Below are positions 46,546 through 56,600 of a stretch of 64,000 bases of DNA, piece by piece. How positions within the stretch are numbered: the first letter of the stretch is position 1; each line of letters opens with the position of its first letter. The translations under genes were made by a program, and so were the position numbers. The stretch comes from Prevotella sp. UBA3757 (GTDB lineage Bacteria > Bacteroidota > Bacteroidia > Bacteroidales > Bacteroidaceae). The notes beneath the pieces are model-generated. The model was given only the letters and a program-made list of their open reading frames with translations. It searched no databases and was not told the origin of the DNA. Location: contig DFGF01000068.1 in the NCBI GenBank assembly GCA_002371715.1, positions 2,032 to 66,031 of the forward strand, read 5' to 3'.

Positions 46546-46584
46546 TGGAGGTGAAAATCGAAACTATAATATATAATAAGGTAT

Positions 46585-49500
46585 ATGAGAAAACTACTAA
46601 GAACGGTATCAACAACAGCCAAGCACCGCTGTCTCTTGCCACTGTCGTTGCTGGCAGTTATGCTTTGTATACTGGCGGGCTGTAGCGATCAAGATGTCGT
46701 TTCTGTACCAACAGGTATGCAGCCGTTGCTGTTGAGCGGACAGATAGAGCAGGAGAATATCACCCGTGCCAACGACTTCGGATTTGTCGGCGGCGACCGC
46801 ATGGGCATCTATGTGGTAGACCGCGTGAACGGCGAGGCGGGCACGCTGGGAGCCACGGGCAATCGTGCCAGCAACGTTCTCTACACCCTTGACGGTGACA
46901 GCTATCGCTGGACATCGCCCACCAGCATCTATTGGCGTGACCAACAGACAGCTGTTGATGTCTATGGCTACTATCCGGGCATGAATTATATCGAGAACCC
47001 CATGGCTTATCAGTTTAGTGTACAGACCAACCAGAATACCGAGGCTGGCAACGGCGAACTCAGTGGCTACGAGCAAAGCGACCTACTGTGGGGCAAGGCC
47101 GCCAACGTTGCATACACCACAGAACAAATCGTCGTCAAGTACCATCATATCCTGGCTGGTGTGCATGTGGCGCTGGTCAAGGGTGAGGGCATTAGCGATG
47201 CGGAGTGGCAAAAACTCGAGAAAATCGTGCTCATAGACAATACCGTCACTGAGTCAACGGTCAATCTCGCCACAGGTGTGGTAGCCCTACAGGGAACAGC
47301 CGTTGTCCCCATCCGCATGTCACCGCAGGCGGGCGACCAGTACCGTGCTGTTGTCATACCCCAGCAGGTGGCCGCAGGCAAGCATTTGGTTAGTGTCACC
47401 CTTGATGGCCAGACTTACAGCCACTCGCTGTCGTCAGCCATGCAGTATCTGGCAGGCAAACTGCATCGTTTCACACTTACCGTCAACAGGCGTGACGCCG
47501 CTGGCGACTATGAACTGTCGCTGGCCTACGATGGCATCACGCCGTGGACGAATGACGAGTCGAGCCACCAGTTTTCGGCTTTGGCCTATGTCACCGTGCA
47601 TTGTCCGGAAATGGGTAAGCTTAAAGAGAGTATCGCCCAGGCAGGATATGATTATCAAACAATCCAGAACATGAAGGTGACGGGCGAACTGACAGAGTCG
47701 GACTTCTACATGATGCGCGACGAAATGCCAGAGTTGCATCATCTGAACCTCAAAGATGCCAAGTTGAAACATATCTGCTATTATAACGGCTGGCTAGTCC
47801 ATGGCAGCCATGACTACGATTTGTTCATGGATGACATGATGCCTACCAATGCGTTCTATGGCAATCAGAGCATTCGCTCGCTCACGCTGCCATCTGCACT
47901 GAAGCGCCTGGGCGGCAATTGTTTCCGCGAAATGAGGCTGATGTATAGCACATTAGAGATACCGGAAGGGGTGACGTATATTGATGGTGATGCTTTCAGC
48001 TATAACGAATATAACGGTGTGGAGTTGTTGCTCCCCATAACACTTGACAGCATCTGCGGCTCGTTCCGTGATTGCGGATACAAGTGTGAACTGAAACTCA
48101 GCGACAACATCTCATACATCGGAGAGGGATCATTTTCCGGTCAGAACGGCTGTCCCAATTTCTATGGTGTATTCCATCTGCCGTCAAAAATCAAAACGCT
48201 GGCACCAGGCATGTTCGCAGGATTAGGCCGTACGGGCAATTTCACCGGCACCATCGAGTTGCCACAGGGAATCACCGAGACACCAGACTACAATTATTGG
48301 GGCAGTTGGGGGCCAAGCCTCTCTAATCGTATCGAGCTTATCCTGCCTTCGACGATGAAGCGCGTGGGCGACCTCTCGCTTGGTGCATACGTCACGAAGC
48401 TACAGCTCAACGAGGGGCTGGAAGAGATTGGCTATGGCAACTTCAATGGCAATGCACCCTTCCCCCTGCATTTGCCCAGCACGTTGCGCTCCATTGACCA
48501 TGACTGTTTTGTCAGTTCCCTCTATGAGGGCGAACTGACCATTCCCGAACAGTGTCTTTACATCGGTCATGGATGTTTCCGTGGAAACGAGTTTACGAAG
48601 ATTAATCTTCCTTCGCGTTTAGAGGAAATACAGGCCGACTGTTTCCGCGATAACCGCTTACTGACCCAGATAACAATCCCCAAGTACGTAGACTACATAG
48701 GACAGGGAGCCTTTGACGGCTGTGATGCGCTTCAGACGGTTATCTGTCTGGCTCAGGATCCGCCTGAACTCGGAGGTGATATTTTCCAAGGAACGTTTTT
48801 TGACAAGTGTGTGTTACAGGTGCCCGAGGCATCGGTAGAACGGTATCGCCACACTGCTGGTTGGAATCAGTTCAAAAGTATCACTGCTTATCATGAACTG
48901 GCCTTTAACGTGGCTGAGATATTGGCACTTGACAAGGGCAACACAACGAAAGGCGTGATTCGCGCCGAAGGCGACTGGGAGATTAGCAGCAAGCCCGACT
49001 GGGTAACTGTAACTCCTGCTTCTGGCCATGGCAAGGAAGAACTGACCATCACGGTCAGTCCGTACAATGCGACAGGCGAGCGAAGCGGCCAGATTGTGTT
49101 CAAACTTGCAGGAAAGGACTACACCACCTATACTGATGTGCGTCAGGTGACGGTAGACGGCGTGAAGGAAGACCAGAAGTTTACCCTGCAGACAGCATCA
49201 GCAGGAGCCCCTCGCGTGATACCTATATTTATTGTTGGCGAAGGCTATGATGCCTTTGACGTTGCCAGCGGACAGTACATGCAAGACATGCAGCAGACAA
49301 TGGACCATCTGTTCTCGTGCGAACCCTACAAGACCTACAAGGACTACTTTACTGTTTCCACGGCCATTGCCGTCTCACCCGAGCATGGTATCAATGGTCG
49401 CGTACGCTTCCAGCCCGAGAACTGGTGGACCAGCAAGGACGACCTCGTCTGGCAATATGCCAAGGAGCACGGTGAGGGCATCACCGACGCGCGTCACGGT

Positions 49501-50052
49501 GAGACCACCGTCATCGTGGTGCAGAACACCAACTATCTGGGTGGAAATACCACCAATCTGAGCGACGACGGCTTTACCATCAGCTATCTGGGTAAGAGCA
49601 CCGATACCTATCCCTATTCGCAGCGTGAATACGTCTTGCGCGAGGTGGGCGGCGTAGCCTTCGGTCATCTTGGCGTAGAACAGGTGAGCCACTTCACCTT
49701 CCTGAAATCATGTACCTGCCCGGGGTGTAACGCTATGTGCAACTATCGGAATGCCAAGAAGAATGGGTGGTATGATAATATCTCACTGTCGGGCAAGATG
49801 AGTGAGGTGCCTTGGAAAGACCTTATCTTTGACAGCCGTTATGCTCAGTATGTAGACATCTACGAAGGCGGCTACAACCACGCCCGCGGCGTCTACCGTT
49901 CAGAGCATATGAGCATTATGGGCGACTCGTTCCTACCTTATTTCAACACCATCAGCCGTATGTCGATTGTTAAGCGCATCATGCAGTATAGCGGCAGCAC
50001 GTTCACGTTCGATGCCTTTAAAAGTAAAGACAAAATAGAGATACCTGAGTGA
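46585..50052 (+). CDS. Lipoprotein: Mfa-like fimbrillin + BspA-type LRR + BACON + degenerate M64-like peptidase domain
   Basis: Lipobox LAGC; ITR^A site; GDRMGIY, VYGYYP, SDLLW; LRR repeats; W...KPDWVTV.P.SG.G (BACON); IFIVGEGY; zinc motif altered to REVGGVAFGHLGVE; YEGG...GVYRS. Confidence 0.78.
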   Translation: MRKLLRTVSTTAKHRCLLPLSLLAVMLCILAGCSDQDVVSVPTGMQPLLLSGQIEQENITRANDFGFVGGDRMGIYVVDRVNGEAGTLGATGNRASNVLYTLDGDSYRWTSPTSIYWRDQQTAVDVYGYYPGMNYIENPMAYQFSVQTNQNTEAGNGELSGYEQSDLLWGKAANVAYTTEQIVVKYHHILAGVHVALVKGEGISDAEWQKLEKIVLIDNTVTESTVNLATGVVALQGTAVVPIRMSPQAGDQYRAVVIPQQVAAGKHLVSVTLDGQTYSHSLSSAMQYLAGKLHRFTLTVNRRDAAGDYELSLAYDGITPWTNDESSHQFSALAYVTVHCPEMGKLKESIAQAGYDYQTIQNMKVTGELTESDFYMMRDEMPELHHLNLKDAKLKHICYYNGWLVHGSHDYDLFMDDMMPTNAFYGNQSIRSLTLPSALKRLGGNCFREMRLMYSTLEIPEGVTYIDGDAFSYNEYNGVELLLPITLDSICGSFRDCGYKCELKLSDNISYIGEGSFSGQNGCPNFYGVFHLPSKIKTLAPGMFAGLGRTGNFTGTIELPQGITETPDYNYWGSWGPSLSNRIELILPSTMKRVGDLSLGAYVTKLQLNEGLEEIGYGNFNGNAPFPLHLPSTLRSIDHDCFVSSLYEGELTIPEQCLYIGHGCFRGNEFTKINLPSRLEEIQADCFRDNRLLTQITIPKYVDYIGQGAFDGCDALQTVICLAQDPPELGGDIFQGTFFDKCVLQVPEASVERYRHTAGWNQFKSITAYHELAFNVAEILALDKGNTTKGVIRAEGDWEISSKPDWVTVTPASGHGKEELTITVSPYNATGERSGQIVFKLAGKDYTTYTDVRQVTVDGVKEDQKFTLQTASAGAPRVIPIFIVGEGYDAFDVASGQYMQDMQQTMDHLFSCEPYKTYKDYFTVSTAIAVSPEHGINGRVRFQPENWWTSKDDLVWQYAKEHGEGITDARHGETTVIVVQNTNYLGGNTTNLSDDGFTISYLGKSTDTYPYSQREYVLREVGGVAFGHLGVEQVSHFTFLKSCTCPGCNAMCNYRNAKKNGWYDNISLSGKMSEVPWKDLIFDSRYAQYVDIYEGGYNHARGVYRSEHMSIMGDSFLPYFNTISRMSIVKRIMQYSGSTFTFDAFKSKDKIEIPE

Positions 50053-50053
50053 T

Positions 50054-53000
50054 ATGAAGAAAAGACCATTATTTTTATTATTAATAGCCTCGCTGCTCAC
50101 CGCCTGCCATGAGGATATCGCAACGGGACAGTCGGCCAAGCAGGGAGAACCGCTCGACCTCTCGGCAACGGTCAGCCAGGAGTATGTGACACGTGCCAGC
50201 GACGGCGGTTTTGCCAACGGCGACCAGATAGGTGTATTCATCGCTAACTACACCACCTCCGATGGCACCCAGTGGCGGGCATCAACGCTACAACTCACTG
50301 GCAACCATGCTGACAACGTGCGCTTCACCTATAATGAGAGCGAAGGCAAGTGGACGGCCAGTTATCAGCTCTATTGGAAAGACAAACAGACGCCTGTCGA
50401 TGCCTACGGCTACTACCCGTTTGACGGCGAACTAAGCAGCATAGAAGCCTACCCCTTTGTCGTGCAGAAGCGGCAGGATGCCAGGCTGCAGACTGGTCGA
50501 CAGCTTTCGGGCTATGAGGCCAGCGACTTCCTGTGGGCCAAGGCAGAAAACAAACTTCCACATCAGGGTCCCATCATGCTGAATCATCATCACCTGATGG
50601 CTGGCATCAAGGTGGTGCTGACCGAAGGTGAAGGCTTTGATGAAGGTGAATGGGAGAAGATAGAGAAGAAGGTGCAGGTCGAGGGTACCAAGCTGCAGAG
50701 CACTATTAACCTGCAGACCGGGACTGTCAGCATCGTTGCCAGTTCTTCTGTAGAATCCATCGTTCCCCAACAGAGCAGCGATACCTACCGTGCCGTTGTC
50801 GTTCCTCAAACAGTGGCAGCAGAGCAGACCCTTTTCTCCTTCACCATCGACGGGAAGAGCAGTACATTTGCCCGTAGTGGGTCCGTGTCCTATCTCTCAG
50901 GCAAACTCCACCAGTTTACATTTAGTGTCAACAAGTTGTTAGAACCAGGCGACTATGAGCTTAAACTGACCGATGAAACCATTACGGACTGGGAGAACGA
51001 CAGCAAGAGCCACAATGGCGAGGCACGTGAGTACGTCATGGTGCATGTCGGCGAACAACAGTTTTTAGGCGACGTCATCGAAAGCCTTGGACTTGACCCT
51101 TCGAAAATCGTCAATCTGAAAATAACAGGCTATTTAGGTAAGTCGATTGCCTGGTATGACGAATGGACAGGACAGCCCCACTACCTGCCTGGCTCAAGGC
51201 ATTTTGAATATATGCGCAATAACATGCCCAATCTGGAGGCACTTAATCTGAGGGAGATTGTCAATATCAACGGACCAGCTGAAGACTATGCTCATAGTTG
51301 GAAACAATCAGCAGGTATTGAAAAAGTTCAAAGCAATCCCTACGAACAAGATGTTTCCAATTACGACCACACACTGCCTTATTGCGCTTTTGAGAATATG
51401 GCATCATTGCGTTATTTCGTATGGCCAGAAAAGGGATTAGAAGCCATTGGTAGCATGGCGTTTGCTGGGTCGGGACTGAGCGGGTCACTGATACTGCCCG
51501 AAGGAGTGATTTATATAGGTGGATCAGTATTCTCTGCTTATGGCCATAAGGCATGTAGTTTGACGGGCGATGTTTACATTCCGTCAACGGTTGAATATAT
51601 TGGAGGAAGCGCTTTCGGCTCTAACGACGGAAATGTCAATATGTGCTTCTTCACAAACGAACTCATCTTGCCTGCCAAGATGAAGTATTTGGGAAGTAAT
51701 GCCTTTGGCGGTTGTCCTTACATGACAGGCACCATTCGTGTACCTGACGGCATCACCGAGCTGAACAATGCCTGGCCTGACCAGATTAAAGGTCCAGTTG
51801 TTATTCCGCAGGGTGTCAAGAAAATCAATGGCATACCACGCGGTGCCACCCACGTCAAGATACCCGAAGGCGTGGAAACCATTGGATCCCGTGCATTTGA
51901 GATGACGAAACTGCTCAGATGTGACGTTCAGCTTCCCTCAACGGTCAAGACGATAGGCGACAATGCTTTCGTGAACTCAGCCTTGACACACATCACACTG
52001 CCCGAAGGACTGGAACTGATAGAAGGGGCTACCTTCTATAATTGTGAGAACCTGCAGGACACGGTTGTCATTCCCTCTACTGTCACACAGATACGAGCTG
52101 ATGCTTTTGCCTACTGTAAGCAGCTTACAGCCATCATCCTGCCTGCTGGTCTGCAGGGCATACAGGATGAAGCCTTTGCCAACTGCTACTCGCTCGACTA
52201 CATCGAGTGCTTGGCCAGTGAGCCTCCAGCCATTGAGGAAAACACCTTCAGCGGCGTAGAGAAGGATAACTTCACAGTGGTAGTGCCTGAAGGTGCTGTG
52301 GAGGCATATAAGAATGCGCCCCACTGGAAAGAGTTCAAACGCATCTCGGCATACCGCAACTTCGTTTGCCGCCCCATGAAGGCCAAACTGCTGAATAAGA
52401 GTAATGTGCGCGACGTGGTGCTCAATGCCGACGGTAACTGGAGTGTCACCAGCTGTCCTACGTGGGCACACGTCAGCCAGACCTCCGGATCAAAGAAGAC
52501 AGAACTGAAGGTGGCCATTGACGCTATGGCGCATGGAAGTGGCGACCGCACGGGCGAGATTGTTTTCACCCTCAACCGCAAGGACGATGAAGGCAACCCC
52601 ATCACCTGCAAGTACACCATTGAGCAATATGACTATGAGATTGACGAGGATGCCGTCCTGACGCTGCAGACGCATTCAAAAGGCAACGGCATCAATATCC
52701 TCTTCGTGGGTGATGGCTACGATGCCGAGGATATAGCCCACGGCACCTATCGCACCGACATGGAGCAGGAAATGGCATATTTCTTTGGCGTGGAGCCATA
52801 CAAGACCTATCGCCCATACTTCAATGTCTCGGCAGCTATGGCTATGAGCTACGAGAGCGGAGCGGTCGACTCGCCCGACAAGTGGCGCAACACGAAGTTC
52901 AACATCACCTGGGGTGCCGGCAATAACGGTCGCTTGGCCGTGCCGTTTGACGACATTGCCACCTACGTTCTCACCGGTATTACCAACAGTCCCGTGACAG

Positions 53001-53683
53001 CTGCCAATGTCGGCAATTCGCTCATTATCTGCGTGCCCAACAGCGATGCCTACGAAGGTCTGACTGCTATGTATGGCGACGGTTCGGCCATTGCCGTATG
53101 TCCGATGAGTAAGCTGGACTATCCTAACGATGCCCGCGGACTCATTCAGCACGAGGCCGGTGGTCACGGATGGGCGAAACTTGACGACGAGTATGTTTAC
53201 CACCGCGACAATATCCATACCTGTCCCTGTCTATGCTGCTCTCACGTGGATGGCATACAGTCGATGCACGCCATGGGGTGGGGACGTAACCTTTCACTCT
53301 CAGGCAAATATAGCGACGTGCCATGGAGTCACCTCATCAACCATTCGCAATATCGCGACATCGTAGATATTTATGAGGGTGGCCATATGCACGCACGCGG
53401 TGTCTATCGCTCAGAGGTAAACTCCGTCATGAACAACAACGTGCCCTATTTCAGTTCGTGGTCGCGCCAGATTATTGTGGAGCGCATCAAGAAGGTTGCC
53501 GGCGAGAAGTTCTCGTTCGAAGAGTTCGTAGCAAACGACAGTCGTCAGCAGGGCGATAAGTTCCTGGCAGCACGAAGGAGTACTCCTGTCTTCAACGAGC
53601 AACCAGTCTATAGCGAGCACCACCATCCAGTCATTAAACCAGGTCGTATGACCGACTATGTGAAGAAAGGAGGCAAAAGATGA
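50054..53683 (+). CDS. Lipoprotein: Mfa-like fimbrillin + LRR + BACON + M64-like metallopeptidase
   Basis: Lipobox LTAC; VTR^A; GDQIGVF, AYGYYP, SDFLW; LRRs; ILFVGDGY, EPYKTYRPYFNV, HEAGGHGWAKLDDEY and YEGG...GVYRSEVNSVM. Confidence 0.8.
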   Translation: MKKRPLFLLLIASLLTACHEDIATGQSAKQGEPLDLSATVSQEYVTRASDGGFANGDQIGVFIANYTTSDGTQWRASTLQLTGNHADNVRFTYNESEGKWTASYQLYWKDKQTPVDAYGYYPFDGELSSIEAYPFVVQKRQDARLQTGRQLSGYEASDFLWAKAENKLPHQGPIMLNHHHLMAGIKVVLTEGEGFDEGEWEKIEKKVQVEGTKLQSTINLQTGTVSIVASSSVESIVPQQSSDTYRAVVVPQTVAAEQTLFSFTIDGKSSTFARSGSVSYLSGKLHQFTFSVNKLLEPGDYELKLTDETITDWENDSKSHNGEAREYVMVHVGEQQFLGDVIESLGLDPSKIVNLKITGYLGKSIAWYDEWTGQPHYLPGSRHFEYMRNNMPNLEALNLREIVNINGPAEDYAHSWKQSAGIEKVQSNPYEQDVSNYDHTLPYCAFENMASLRYFVWPEKGLEAIGSMAFAGSGLSGSLILPEGVIYIGGSVFSAYGHKACSLTGDVYIPSTVEYIGGSAFGSNDGNVNMCFFTNELILPAKMKYLGSNAFGGCPYMTGTIRVPDGITELNNAWPDQIKGPVVIPQGVKKINGIPRGATHVKIPEGVETIGSRAFEMTKLLRCDVQLPSTVKTIGDNAFVNSALTHITLPEGLELIEGATFYNCENLQDTVVIPSTVTQIRADAFAYCKQLTAIILPAGLQGIQDEAFANCYSLDYIECLASEPPAIEENTFSGVEKDNFTVVVPEGAVEAYKNAPHWKEFKRISAYRNFVCRPMKAKLLNKSNVRDVVLNADGNWSVTSCPTWAHVSQTSGSKKTELKVAIDAMAHGSGDRTGEIVFTLNRKDDEGNPITCKYTIEQYDYEIDEDAVLTLQTHSKGNGINILFVGDGYDAEDIAHGTYRTDMEQEMAYFFGVEPYKTYRPYFNVSAAMAMSYESGAVDSPDKWRNTKFNITWGAGNNGRLAVPFDDIATYVLTGITNSPVTAANVGNSLIICVPNSDAYEGLTAMYGDGSAIAVCPMSKLDYPNDARGLIQHEAGGHGWAKLDDEYVYHRDNIHTCPCLCCSHVDGIQSMHAMGWGRNLSLSGKYSDVPWSHLINHSQYRDIVDIYEGGHMHARGVYRSEVNSVMNNNVPYFSSWSRQIIVERIKKVAGEKFSFEEFVANDSRQQGDKFLAARRSTPVFNEQPVYSEHHHPVIKPGRMTDYVKKGGKR

Positions 53684-56600
53684 AAAGTTACACCATATTA
53701 TATTATTTAGCCCTACCGCTGTTGCTGCTTGCGTCCTGCGCTGAGGAGATAACCGACAGCACCACCGCTGACAAGAAGAACGCGCAACCCATCCGTCTGG
53801 TCTCGGCCTATCCGGGTGTCGTTACCCGTGCCACGATTGATGGTGGCTTTTCAGTGGGCGACGAGATGGGAGTCTTTGTCGTAGACCGTAATGCCGAAGG
53901 AGAAGTCGGCGAAATGGCGCTGCGGGGCAATCGTGCCTCGAACATGCGTTTCACGTTGAACGACGATGGAACATGGGCATCACCGACACAACTTTATTGG
54001 AGTGAGAAAGGCAATAGTGCTGATTTCTATGGTTACTATCCGTTCGACGGTAACCTGTCGTCAGTCACTGCCTATCCATTCACCATTGCTGAGAAGCAGG
54101 ACGAAACGCTACGTTCCAGTGGTATGAGTGGCTATATAGCCAGTGACCTGTTGTGGGCCCGTCAGCAGAATGTGAAACCTACTGCGGAGACCGTCACGCT
54201 ACAGTACCGTCACCTGATGGCCGGCATCACCCTTCGTTTAGAGATGGGTACGGGCTTCACAGCCGAAGAGTGGGCGCAATTGGAGAAAAAAGTGTTCCTG
54301 TGTAACACCATTCTTAGCGGTACCGTCAACCTTCAGGAAGGTACAGTCCAGGCAGGCGATTCCGACGCAGGCCTTATCACGCCTCTCCCTCACGGAGGCG
54401 CAGCCTCCTATCGTGCCGTTGTTTTTCCACAGACTGTAGCTGCTGGTAAGGCGTTAGTTTCTGTGATGATAGATGGACGCGACTATTTCCTGAAGAAGAA
54501 CGAACCGATGGTCTACCTTTCGGGTAAGATGCACCAGTTTACCGTCACCGTCAACCGTTCAACGGCTACGGGCGATTACACCTTGTCACTCGACGACGAG
54601 AGCATCACACCGTGGGTTGACGACCCAGACCTGCACGAAGGTCTGGTACGCCAGTATCTGGTGGTGGGACTGTCAGAAGCGGGCACGCTGGCCGCCAAAC
54701 TTGCCGAGATGGGCAAGAATCCAGCCGACCTGTTGGCCTTAAAAATTGTGGGACCAGTAAACGGCAGTGACTATCAGACCATCAACCTGATGAAGAAGCT
54801 GACGCATCTGAACCTCATCAAGGCTATCCCTGAGGGAGAACGTCTCTATGGCATCGAATGGATTCCATTGGAAAAAGTGTTCTTCCCGGAAAAGGGCCTG
54901 AAATATCTTGACGGCTTCAACGAGACCCATTTGCGCGGTTCGCTGGTCATTCCTGAGGGTGTTGAGGAAGTGGGCGGTTTCTGGGGGAACGACTTTTCCG
55001 GTACATTGACGCTGCCGTCAACGCTTAAAGTTATGAGGATGCTCATCGACCCGTTCAAGGGCGATATTGCTATTCCTGACCAGATAGAGGTGTGGGAACC
55101 CACAGGATTCGGAGGTACCAAGTTGACAGGTACGCTGAACCTACCTTCTACGTTGAAGAAACTGAAGTATGTACCTTCTGGCTTGACAGGTACTATCAGT
55201 ATTCCGCAGGGATGTGAACTGACTGATATTGGTACTTTTTCGGGTTCTCAATGTACAGCTCTTATTCTGCCGGAAGGTATGACAGACATTCTGCATACAA
55301 CGTTCTTGAATTCAGAAATTCGGGGCGAGGTCCTTCTACCTTCCACGATTACACATATAGGACCAAGTGCTTTTGCGGGTTCAAAGATTTCAAAAATTAC
55401 ATTTCCTGATGCATTAAGACAGATGGACGATGGTGGTTATAACTTTGAAGGTATTTTTGCTGACTGCTCTCGTCTTTCCGGAACCATCAGATTACCCAAG
55501 AACGTTGCTCGCATACCAAAGGGATGTTTTCTCCATTGTAGTATGTTGGAAGGGCTGGTAATTCCAGCAGGAACAGCAATCCTTGATGAATTATGTTTTG
55601 CAGGATGCAACAATCTGAACTCCATCGTCTGTGAAGGCGAGGAGCCACCCTTTGTGGTAGACGGCGCTTTCGAAGGCGTGCCGAAAGACAACTTCACCGT
55701 TGAGGTGCCTGCGGGCTGTGTGGAGAAATATCGCAATGCCATAGGATGGAGCGAGTTCAAGCGTATTGCGGAATACAGCAACTTCGTATGCCGTCCTGCT
55801 CAGGCTCAGGCCTTGAACACGGCCCATAGTGAACAGTTGACACTTAACGCCGATGGCAACTGGACTGTAGCAAGCAAGCCCGACTGGGTGACGCTCTCGG
55901 CCACCACCGGCACAGGTAAGACACCGATTACGCTGACTTTCCAGCCGCTGGCAAAAGGTGCTGGAAACCGAACAGGAGAAGTGGTATTTCAGATGGTCCA
56001 TGAGGGAAAGACCGTCAGTACTGCCTGTACTGTCAGCCAGTTCGACTATCAATACGATGAGGACTACTGCCACACACTGCAGACCCACAGCAAGGGACGC
56101 GGCATCGACATCGTCTTTGTGGGCGACGGTTGGGATGGTGCCTCTATCAGCGACGGTTCGTATCTCAACTTGATAAAATACCAGGCGGAGTGCTTCTTTG
56201 CCATCGAGCCATACCGCTCCATGCGCGAATACTTCAACGTATATGTCACCTTCCCCCTGTCGCAGGAGAAAGGGGTGAACACGATGAGCCACTATGTGAA
56301 CAATCGCTTCGGCACCCTGCAGGGCTGGTCGTCGCTCATTCAGGGCTCACAGGCAGATTGCACTTCTACCCAGTTGATAATGGAAACCTATGAGGTGGAA
56401 CAGTATGTTGCCAGCAAGACTCCCGTAGAACAGGACAACCTGTGGCGCACACTGGTCATTGCCGTGCCGAACACTACCGATTACGAGGGTAATACCGTGT
56501 TCAACATTGGCGGAATGGCTATCTCCATCTGTCCTCCTTCAGAGCAGGCTTATCCGCGTGATACCCGTGGTACCATTCAGCATGAAGCAGGCGGACATGG

